From: Akkermansia muciniphila ATCC BAA-835
GTDB taxonomy: Bacteria > Verrucomicrobiota > Verrucomicrobiia > Verrucomicrobiales > Akkermansiaceae
NCBI RefSeq assembly: GCF_000020225.1
Contig: NC_010655.1
Coordinates: 1,950,001-1,982,000, forward strand
Length of the DNA: 32,000 nt
Direction: 5' to 3'
Position numbers and translations under genes: made by a program. The notes beneath the pieces are model-generated. The model made no database searches, was not told the origin of the DNA, and worked only from the letters and a program-made list of their open reading frames with translations. Of this stretch, positions 17,608 through 24,548 are shown piece by piece; the stretch's first letter is position 1; every line of letters starts with the position of its first letter.

Positions 17608-18099
17608 TTGGGGAAAAAGCTGGCGCCGGGATGTAAGTGTTACTGATTTGCAGGTGATTGTCTATCTTATAAAACGTCCACATGACGCTATTTTGCTCTC
17701 CTTGTTTCCGGAAGGGGACAAGAGTAAATGGAAGCCGGTTCATCCGGAAATATCCGGCGGCGGCAGGGGGAGGAAAGAAGAGAATTCATGGGTGGATAAA
17801 TCCACCATAAAGTTTGAAATTTTGTGCGGAAGTCCGGCATTTGTCATATTGGAGCTGCATGGAAATGGATTTCATTTTACGGATGTTTTTTTTGCATTTT
17901 TTTCGCTTTTTGTTGTTGCGTGCTTTCTTTGGTTTTCCGTTGCTGCATCCTTCCCGGAGAGGGAAAAGTGGCGGGATGACTGCTTTCCTGTTTGCAGCGG
18001 GGAGGGTGAGGATGGGGAGAACGGACGTTTTCCGAAGAGACGCCGCAGGAAAGGAAGCATTTCAGGATTGAGGTTGCAACGGTTTTCTGTACACTTCGC

Positions 18100-19068
18100 G
18101 TGATGATGAGCATACCGAATCGGGACAAGAGTTTTTCCGGAAGCAAGATGGGTGTTCTGCTGCAGCGTTCATTCAGCACCGTGGTTTTGCTTGGGTTGCT
18201 GGCCGGGGCTTTGTGGTGGGACTGCGAACTTGGGTATTACGGTCTGGTCTGCATTTTCTGTATTTTGGCCGCCTGGGAATGGCGGCACATGCTGCTGCGT
18301 TCCGGAAAAGCCTCCCAGCCGAACTTGAGCTTTCTTTTCGGAGTGGCGTACCCCGTATTGCTGTCCTGGTCATGCTGCATCACTAAATTCCGGGAAAGCG
18401 CCCTTGCGGAACAGGTTTCTTTCCTCATCCCCCTTCCTCTTCTGGTGGCACTTGCCGCTCCGGTCCTCCTGGTAGTGGTTGCCTTCATCCGTGAGATGAA
18501 GCACCCGGTGGATGGAAGCAGGGCTCTCCGTTCCGTGGGTACTACGCTGCTTTCCTTTATTTATCCCGTCTGGCTGTTCTCTTTTGCCATTCTGGCCCTG
18601 CATCTGGCGTATATGAGGGCGGGGTATGTTTATCCGGCCATTGTCATGTGTGTGCTGTGGGTCGTTCTGGTAACGAAGATGGCGGACATTTTTGCCTACG
18701 TGAGCGGGTTCCTGCTGGGCGGCCGCCTTTTTTCCCGCAGGCTCATTCCCCACATCAGCCCCAAGAAAACGTGGGAGGGCCTCCTCGGTTCCTGGGTGCT
18801 GACGAATGCGGCGGCCATAGGGCTGGTTTTCCCGATGTTCAGAATTTCCGTCTTGTCCATAACCCAGGTACTGGTACTGATGGGATGCACATCCCTCATT
18901 TTCCTGCTTTCCGTTTACGGGGATCTGGCCGGGTCCCTGGTTAAACGCAGCCTGGCCATCAAGGATTCCGGTTCCCTGCTGCCGGGGATAGGAGGAATTT
19001 TTGATTTGATTGACAGCCCTTCCTTTACCGTGCCGTTTTTCTGGTTTCTGCTGGCCTGCATCGGCTGA
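18100..19068 (+). CDS. cdsA: Phosphatidate cytidylyltransferase (CDP-diglyceride synthase) family, atypical signature
   Basis: Polytopic membrane protein with ISPKKTWEGLLGS and the C-terminal block GDLAGSLVKRSLAIKDSGSLLPGIGGIFDLIDS. Compare E. coli [33 protein letters not shown]. Possible alternative start at M17 (18148). Confidence 0.78.
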   Translation: MMMSIPNRDKSFSGSKMGVLLQRSFSTVVLLGLLAGALWWDCELGYYGLVCIFCILAAWEWRHMLLRSGKASQPNLSFLFGVAYPVLLSWSCCITKFRESALAEQVSFLIPLPLLVALAAPVLLVVVAFIREMKHPVDGSRALRSVGTTLLSFIYPVWLFSFAILALHLAYMRAGYVYPAIVMCVLWVVLVTKMADIFAYVSGFLLGGRLFSRRLIPHISPKKTWEGLLGSWVLTNAAAIGLVFPMFRISVLSITQVLVLMGCTSLIFLLSVYGDLAGSLVKRSLAIKDSGSLLPGIGGIFDLIDSPSFTVPFFWFLLACIG

Positions 19069-19104
19069 ATGTCCCCGGCACGAACGGATTCCCTGTAACC
19101 CGGT

Positions 19105-21690
19105 ATGGTTTTTTCTTCTCTTCCCATTGAGGAAATCCGCGGAGAATTGATGGAGGCTCTGCGGGTTCCTTCTCCGCGCATTTTGTTGAAAGCTCCTACC
19201 GGCTCCGGCAAGTCCACCGGCGTTCCTCCGATGATGGATGACGCCGGTCTGGGAGACCGTGGCCTGATTGTCGTTGTACAGCCCCGGCGGATGGCCGCTC
19301 GCCTGCTGGCGCGGCATGTGGCCCGGCTGCGCGGGGTGGAGCTGGGAAAAGAAGTGGGGTATGCGGTGCGTTTTGAACGGTACATTTCCTCCCGCACCCG
19401 TATCGCGTACGTGACGGACGGCATGTTGGAGCGCTGGCTGACGGAATGGCCCTCCCTGGAAGGGGTGAGCGCCGTGGTGTTTGATGAGTTCCATGAACGC
19501 AGCCTTTCCGGGGATTTATCCCTGGGGCGTGTGCTGGATCTGCAGGAAGGGCCGCGCCGGGATCTGGCCGTGGTCGTGATGTCCGCCACACTGGAGATAT
19601 CAGGGCTGCGGGAATATATGGGAGGTTCCTGCCGGGTTCTGGAAGCGCAAGGCAGGCAGTATCCCGTGGAAGTCGTTTACCGGGCTCCCCGCCTGGTCAG
19701 TGACGGACGCGGCAGGGTGGCTCCTCCCCCCATATGGGAGCAGGCGGCGGATGTTGTGCGGGAGGCGGTGAGGGAGGATGACTGCGGGGATGTGCTGGTA
19801 TTTATGCCGGGCGTGTATGAGATACGGAAAACGGTGGAGTTGCTGGCAGGAAAGCCGTGGATGAGCGGCCGGGACGTTTTTCCCCTTTACGGGTCTCTGG
19901 CGCCGGAGCAGCAGAATTGCGCCGTGGAGCGGGGGGATATCCCCCGTGTCATTGTTTCCACTAATGTGGCGGAAACTTCCCTGACGATTGAGGGAGTGCG
20001 TACGGTGGTTGATTCCGGGCTGGTCCGCCGGTCCGGATGGGATCCGTACCGGGGGATGGATACGCTGCATCTGGTGAAGATTTCCAAGGCGTCCGCCGCT
20101 CAGCGCGCGGGCCGTGCCGGGCGCGTGGCTCCGGGGCGCTGTTTCCGGCTGTGGAGTGAGGCGGAACAGGCCCGGAAGGAGGATTTTGACCCGCCCGAAT
20201 GTTTCCGGGTGGATCTGGCCGGAGCCGTTTTGAATTTGGCTGCCTGGGGCGTCACCGTACCGGAAAATTTCCGTTGGCTGGATGTTCCTGCCCCCCTGGT
20301 GATGCAGCGGGCCGTGAATTTGTTGGCTGCCCTGGGTGCGACGGAAGAGGATGGAAGCCTGACGGATACGGGAAAAAGGATGACCGCTTTTCCCCTGCCG
20401 CCCCGGCTGGCCCGTCTGATGGTGGCCGGCCAGGATGAACAGTGTGCCGTGGAGCTGGCCGCCGTTGCAGCCCTGATGCAGGGAGAAGGTGTTGCGGTAA
20501 AGGGGGGGCTGAACGATCATTTGCGCGATTCTGCGGATTACACGGATTTCCAGGCGGAGTGGCGCGCGGTGGAGAAGGCTGTGGATGCCGGTTTTGGGGC
20601 GGCGGCGTGTACCCGCTGGGGCATCTCTTCCCGCGGGGCGCGGGAGGCATGGATGGCATACCGGCAGCTTCTATCCGTCGGCAGCCGGGGAAAAGCCCGG
20701 GAAACGCCGGGACCGGATTTTACGGCGGCGCGCCCTGCCGTAGTCCGTGCAATGATTGAGAGTTTTGCGGACCATGTGGGTGTGCGAAATGGCGTGGCAG
20801 CCAATACATGCCGCATGGCCGGCGGGGTGGGCGGCAGGCTGGCGGAAGGAAGCGTGGTGTTTCAAGGAGAGCATTTCGTAGCCGCAGAGGTGGCGGAATT
20901 GTCCGGAAAGGCGGTGGAAACCCGTGTGGGACGCTGTACGCTTATTGCGCCGGAAGATTTGCGTTCCATTTGGCCGGAGCGTTTTTCCTGCGGGGAGGAA
21001 GCCGTCTTCGATGCCGCTTTGCGGCGCGTGCGTCTGCACCGGAAGCTGATGTATGGAGATCTGGTGCTGGAGGATCGTGACCGCGGGGATGCCCCTCCGG
21101 AGCTGGCCGCCCCGGTTTTGGCTGAAAAAGTAGTGGACGGAACCCTGAAGCTGGTGAAATGGAATGATGCCGTGGAACAGTGGATACGCCGTCTTAATGG
21201 TTTGAGCGTTTGGATGCCGGAACTGGAGCTGCCCCGGTTTTCGGAGGAGGACAAGCTGGTCGCCATTTCTTTGGTCTGTGAAGGGGCCGTGGGTTATAAG
21301 GACATCAAGGAAAGGGAAATTATTCCCGTGCTGAGGGATTGGCTTTCCGGCTGGCAGGCGAAGGCGCTGGACGATTATGCCCCGGTAAGCCTCACGTTGC
21401 CCAACGGCCAGCACGCCAAGGTCAGGTACGGGGAGGATTCCTCCCCGGTGATCAGTCTGACGGTGCAGCGCCTGTTCGGCGTGGCGGTTTCCCCACGCAT
21501 TGCCAACGGGGCCGTACCCGTGATTGTGGAGGTGCTGGCCCCCAGCCAGAGGCCGTGGCAGGTAACGGGATCTCTGGAAAGTTTTTGGCGGAACGGATAC
21601 GGGCAAATGAAAAAGGACCTGGCGGGGCGTTATCCCCGGCACCGTTGGCCCGACCCCGGGGAACTGGATTTCCTTCCCCGTTCCCGGTGA
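19105..21690 (+). CDS. hrpB: ATP-dependent RNA helicase HrpB (DEAH box)
   Basis: The opening SLPIEEIRGELMEAL...LLKAPTGSGKST parallels E. coli HrpB. Helicase motifs: DEFHERS, MSATL, STNVAETSLTIEGV, QRAGRAGR. The 861-aa length includes an HrpB-type C-terminal domain. Confidence 0.9.
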   Translation: MVFSSLPIEEIRGELMEALRVPSPRILLKAPTGSGKSTGVPPMMDDAGLGDRGLIVVVQPRRMAARLLARHVARLRGVELGKEVGYAVRFERYISSRTRIAYVTDGMLERWLTEWPSLEGVSAVVFDEFHERSLSGDLSLGRVLDLQEGPRRDLAVVVMSATLEISGLREYMGGSCRVLEAQGRQYPVEVVYRAPRLVSDGRGRVAPPPIWEQAADVVREAVREDDCGDVLVFMPGVYEIRKTVELLAGKPWMSGRDVFPLYGSLAPEQQNCAVERGDIPRVIVSTNVAETSLTIEGVRTVVDSGLVRRSGWDPYRGMDTLHLVKISKASAAQRAGRAGRVAPGRCFRLWSEAEQARKEDFDPPECFRVDLAGAVLNLAAWGVTVPENFRWLDVPAPLVMQRAVNLLAALGATEEDGSLTDTGKRMTAFPLPPRLARLMVAGQDEQCAVELAAVAALMQGEGVAVKGGLNDHLRDSADYTDFQAEWRAVEKAVDAGFGAAACTRWGISSRGAREAWMAYRQLLSVGSRGKARETPGPDFTAARPAVVRAMIESFADHVGVRNGVAANTCRMAGGVGGRLAEGSVVFQGEHFVAAEVAELSGKAVETRVGRCTLIAPEDLRSIWPERFSCGEEAVFDAALRRVRLHRKLMYGDLVLEDRDRGDAPPELAAPVLAEKVVDGTLKLVKWNDAVEQWIRRLNGLSVWMPELELPRFSEEDKLVAISLVCEGAVGYKDIKEREIIPVLRDWLSGWQAKALDDYAPVSLTLPNGQHAKVRYGEDSSPVISLTVQRLFGVAVSPRIANGAVPVIVEVLAPSQRPWQVTGSLESFWRNGYGQMKKDLAGRYPRHRWPDPGELDFLPRSR

Positions 21691-21804
21691 TAAGGAGAAA
21701 GGATTTTTCTGTAACAAAACAGTAGCAAAATCGACCGTTTCCGTGTAAAGAGGCGGTGGTGCAGCTCGCGGATGCCCTCCGCCCACCATTCACAAGAGAC
21801 AGTT

Positions 21805-24045
21805 ATGGACTCAATTTACTGGATTATCATCACAGCCCTGCTGCTTCTGGCGGCATTTGACTTGATCAACGGCGTAGCGAATGACGCTGTCAACTTCCTC
21901 AATTCCGCCATCGGTTCCAAGGCTGCACCCGTGCGGGTGATCCTGACCGTAGCTTCCATCGGCGTGCTGGTGGGGGCCTGTTTCTCCGGAGGCATGATGG
22001 AAGTAGCCCGCAACGGTATTTTTCACCCGGACATGTTCAGTTATCATGAAGTGATGCTGCTTTTCCTGGGGGTAATGATCAGCGAAGTGATTCTGCTGGA
22101 TACCTTCAATACTTTCGGATTGCCTACGTCCACCACCGTTTCCCTGGTATTCGGTATTTTGGGGTCTGCCGTAGCGACGGCCCTGTTCAAGATTTCCAAG
22201 CTCCGCCTGGTTCAGTCCGTGTGGGATTTCATTAATACGGACAAGGCTTTTGAGATTGTCACCAGCATTCTTCTTTCCGTAGCCATCGCCTTTACGGTAG
22301 GCACCATCGTCATGTGGATTTCCCGTCTGGCGTTCACGTTTAAATACCAGTCCCGGTTCAAATGGTTCGGCTGTTTCTGGTGCGGCATTGCCATGACGGC
22401 GATAGCCTATTTTGCCGTTTTCAAGGGCTTGAAAGAGTCTACCCTGATGGAGCCCTCGTTCATCCAATACATTGACCAGAATCTGGGCATGGCCCTGCTC
22501 ACGGCCTTCGGCGGTTTTTCCGTGCTCATGTTCCTGCTTCAGCATTTGTTCATGACGAATATTCTGCGCCTGACCGTTCTGGCGGGCACTTTTTCCCTGG
22601 CCCTGGCTTTTGCGGGCAACGACCTGGTGAATTTCATCGGCGTTTTCATGGGTGGTCTGGATTCCTTCCAGTACGCCAGCAGCGTGGCGGCGGCCGGTGG
22701 CTCTCCCTCATCCATCACCTCCATGGAGTGTCTGATGCCGGGGCAGGGCATGCCGGTAAACCATTATATTTTGTTCGCCGCGGGCTGCATGATGATTTTT
22801 GCCTTGTGGTTCTCCAAAAAGGCAAAAACGGTGATCGCCACCGGCGTGGAACTTTCCAGGCAGGGTGAAGGCGGTATTGAGCGTTTCGGCTCCGTCCCCC
22901 CCGCCCGCGCCATCGTTCGCAGCGCCATCGCCCTGGGACGCGGGGTGAAAAGGCTTATTCCCGCCCGCATGCTGGTGCGCATGAACCACCAGTGGGATCC
23001 CGCCCCCCAGCCCTTGAATCCCAAGGACCGGGTGGCATTTGACCTGATTCGCGCCACGGTGAACCTGACGGTTGCTTCCCTGTTGATTGCATGGGCTACT
23101 GGCAGGCAGCTCCCTCTTTCCACCACGTACGTGACGTTCATGGTGGCGATGGGCTCCTCTCTGGCGGACAAGGCATGGGGAAGGGAGAGCGCGGTTTACC
23201 GTGTAACCGGCGTGCTGACGGTGATTTCCGGCTGGTTCATGACCGGGCTGGCTGCCTTTACGCTGGCCGCCGTCATGGCTACCATCCTGCATTACGGACA
23301 GGTGTACGCCATCTTCGGTCTGCTGGCCCTGGTGGTTGTCATTCTGGTAAAGTCCACCATCATGCACCGCAAGCGGGAAAGCAAGCTTTCCGTAGAGCGT
23401 TTTGACCAGATTACGGAAGAAAATATCCTGGATGTATGCAGCCACCAGATTGTGGACAGCACGCTCAAGCTGCGGGAAATTTACAATGACACCGTGGAAA
23501 ACTTTTTCCAGGGGGACAGGAAGGCCCTGAAAGAACTGGCGGATGCCGCAGAACGGCTGGCCATGACCAGCAGCGAACATCACAAGTACGATATTCTCCC
23601 TATTCTGTACAAGATGCAGTCCCGCTCCCTGGATATGGGCTACCACTTTGTGCAGGCCCTGGAGCATCTGAATGAAGCTACGCAGAGCCTGTCGCAGTTT
23701 TCCGAGTCCATCTTCACGTATGTGGATAATAACCACACGCCGTTTACGATTGACCAGGTGGACGATTTGAAGGAGGTGCATACCGCCCTCATCAAGCTGC
23801 TGGATGAATATTGCAAAATGCTCCAGACGGGGACGTACATTCAGTTCGACTATACGATGGTGGCCCAGGAACAGCTTCTTCAACTGGTGGCAAAGGCCAC
23901 CAAGCGCCAGATCAAGCGGGCCCAGCGCAACCAGACGCGCACCCGTTCCTCCCTGCTTTATCTGAACATGCTTAATGAAATGAGGTTTATGGCCGTGCAG
24001 GTGCGGGCCCTGACCAATGACGAACGAAACTTTGTAGCGGCCTGA
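21805..24045 (+). CDS. PiT-family (PHO4) inorganic phosphate transporter with a ~220-aa helical cytoplasmic C-terminal domain
   Basis: Two PiT-type repeat motifs, INGVANDAVNFLNSAIGS (N-terminal) and AFAGNDLVNFIGVFMGG (second half), and about 10-12 hydrophobic helices. A hydrophilic, helix-rich tail runs from about 23380 (EENILDVCSHQIVDSTLKLREIY ... LLYLNMLNEMRFMAVQV). Start taken at the ATG at 21805 (MDSIYWIII). Confidence 0.8.
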   Translation: MDSIYWIIITALLLLAAFDLINGVANDAVNFLNSAIGSKAAPVRVILTVASIGVLVGACFSGGMMEVARNGIFHPDMFSYHEVMLLFLGVMISEVILLDTFNTFGLPTSTTVSLVFGILGSAVATALFKISKLRLVQSVWDFINTDKAFEIVTSILLSVAIAFTVGTIVMWISRLAFTFKYQSRFKWFGCFWCGIAMTAIAYFAVFKGLKESTLMEPSFIQYIDQNLGMALLTAFGGFSVLMFLLQHLFMTNILRLTVLAGTFSLALAFAGNDLVNFIGVFMGGLDSFQYASSVAAAGGSPSSITSMECLMPGQGMPVNHYILFAAGCMMIFALWFSKKAKTVIATGVELSRQGEGGIERFGSVPPARAIVRSAIALGRGVKRLIPARMLVRMNHQWDPAPQPLNPKDRVAFDLIRATVNLTVASLLIAWATGRQLPLSTTYVTFMVAMGSSLADKAWGRESAVYRVTGVLTVISGWFMTGLAAFTLAAVMATILHYGQVYAIFGLLALVVVILVKSTIMHRKRESKLSVERFDQITEENILDVCSHQIVDSTLKLREIYNDTVENFFQGDRKALKELADAAERLAMTSSEHHKYDILPILYKMQSRSLDMGYHFVQALEHLNEATQSLSQFSESIFTYVDNNHTPFTIDQVDDLKEVHTALIKLLDEYCKMLQTGTYIQFDYTMVAQEQLLQLVAKATKRQIKRAQRNQTRTRSSLLYLNMLNEMRFMAVQVRALTNDERNFVAA

Positions 24046-24086
24046 AGCGGCGGTTCTCTGTTTTTTTCACGTAAGGAAAAAAATTC

Positions 24087-24114
24087 TTGAGCGTTTAATT
24101 CGTGAAGGTATCCT
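24087..24114 (+). promoter_or_regulatory. Candidate promoter of RNA unit 1 (TTGAGC-16-TATCCT)
   Basis: TTGAGC at 24087-24092, a 16-nt spacer, and TATCCT at 24109-24114. The -35 element lies exactly 29 nt before the first stem. Unit 2 has the same spacing (TTGAAC 24273-24278, 29 nt, stem at 24308). Confidence 0.35.
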
Positions 24115-24119
24115 GAATG

Positions 24120-24234
24120 AACAGGGATGTTCGATAAGGGAGGAACGAGAGCTTCCCTTGTCACCAGGAATAACCCTGATTTCATAGGTAGTTAGTTGGA
24201 GCGGCTACGGGAGAAATTCCGTAGCCGCTTTTTT
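24120..24234 (+). ncRNA. Candidate small RNA, unit 1 (nested two-stem fold, conserved 18-nt tail, intrinsic terminator)
   Basis: Outer stem CAGGG (24122-26) / CCCTG (24174-78). Inner stem AAGGGAGG (24136-43) / CTTCCCTT (24152-59). Tail TTCATAGGTAGTTAGTTG at 24181-98. Terminator GCGGCTACGG (24201-10), loop gagaaatt, CCGTAGCCGC (24219-28), then TTTTTT (24229-34). Confidence 0.45.
24181..24198 (+). repeat. 18-nt exact repeat, copy 1: TTCATAGGTAGTTAGTTG (TAG in all three frames)
   Basis: Identical to 24370-24387. The TAG triplets start at motif offsets 5, 9 and 13, so there is one in each reading frame. Confidence 0.95.
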
Positions 24235-24305
24235 GTCTTCCCGGGCCTTGTGTCATACAAAAGAAATAATGTTTGAACATATTTGCCGTGTGTTTGTCTC
24301 ACCCA

Positions 24306-24426
24306 TAACGGTTATGATCCGGATGCAGTGAAAGAGAGAGCGCTTCATCCACTTAAGGACTCAACCGTCTTCATAGGTAGTTAGTTGAACAGCAGCCCCG
24401 GCGAAGGGATTCGCCGGGGTTTGTTC
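24306..24426 (+). ncRNA. Candidate small RNA, unit 2 (paralog of unit 1)
   Basis: Outer stem ACGGTT (24308-13) / AACCGT (24363-68). Inner stem GGATG (24321-25) / CATCC (24346-50). Shared unpaired blocks ATG(T/A)TC, GAGAGC and AGGA(A/C)T. Tail TTCATAGGTAGTTAGTTG at 24370-87. Terminator CCCCGGCGAA (24396-405), loop ggga, TTCGCCGGGG (24410-19), then TTTGTTCATTT. Confidence 0.45.
24370..24387 (+). repeat. 18-nt exact repeat, copy 2: TTCATAGGTAGTTAGTTG
   Basis: Identical to 24181-24198. Confidence 0.95.
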
Positions 24427-24511
24427 ATTTCCGGAAGATGTATTCCGCGCTGTAAACAGCTGGAAGGGAGGGGAAAAGAAAAAATAGGCTGCGTTTTGCC
24501 ACGGGGTTTGA

Positions 24512-24540
24512 TTGACGTGTGGGACGCGTCAGGGCATAGT
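24512..24540 (+). promoter_or_regulatory. Candidate promoter of the thioredoxin-fold gene (TTGACG-17-CATAGT), near-leaderless geometry
   Basis: TTGACG at 24512-17, a 17-nt spacer containing the palindrome GACGCGTC (24523-30), and CATAGT at 24535-40. The ATG at 24549 is only 8 nt past the -10. Confidence 0.3.
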
Positions 24541-24548
24541 GGCAGGGT

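Noticed and set aside
17698-17724. GGAA-tetraloop hairpin, considered as SRP (4.5S) RNA domain IV
   Set aside because: The flanks lack the conserved SRP asymmetric-loop sequences (GGUCA... / ...AGCA). Only the tetraloop is shared. It is kept only as an unexplained hairpin in the findings.
17780-17796. DnaA-box-like palindrome (GGTGGATAAATCCACC) plus a nearby T-rich tract, considered as a possible replication origin
   Set aside because: There is only one good box (8/9) and one or two poor ones (6/9). There is no cluster, no dnaA/dnaN neighbourhood and no clear AT-rich unwinding repeats. This is insufficient for an oriC call.
17828-17837. GGAAGTCCGG, resembling the RNase P RNA CR-I motif (GGAAAGUCCGG)
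   Set aside because: None of the other conserved RNase P blocks, such as an ACAGAA...GGCUUA-type CR-V, could be found in the surrounding 400 nt on either strand. It is an isolated short similarity.
17405-18103. 232-aa plus-strand ORF, plus several 60-100-aa ORFs on both strands, spanning the prc start and the prc/cdsA intergenic region
   Set aside because: It overlaps the prc coding start in antisense. Its translation is low-complexity and Phe/Arg-rich across the T-tract, and it has no motif or plausible start context.
21709-21726. Pho-box-like element CTGTAAC-AAAA-CAGTAGC upstream of the phosphate transporter
   Set aside because: The matches to the E. coli CTGTCAT repeat are only 5/7 and 3/7. 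The second half is better read as the inverted partner (CTGT/ACAG) of the first. This is too weak, and the PhoB consensus for this lineage is unknown.
24127-24195. Small peptide ORF inside RNA unit 1 (MFDKGGTRASLVTRNNPDFIGS, ending at the third TAG of the 18-mer)
   Set aside because: The equivalent frame in unit 2 has no ATG (only GTG or TTG options). It shares only the last four residues (FIGS), which are encoded by the identical 18-mer. The differences between the copies preserve base pairing rather than amino acids, so RNA-level selection explains the data better.
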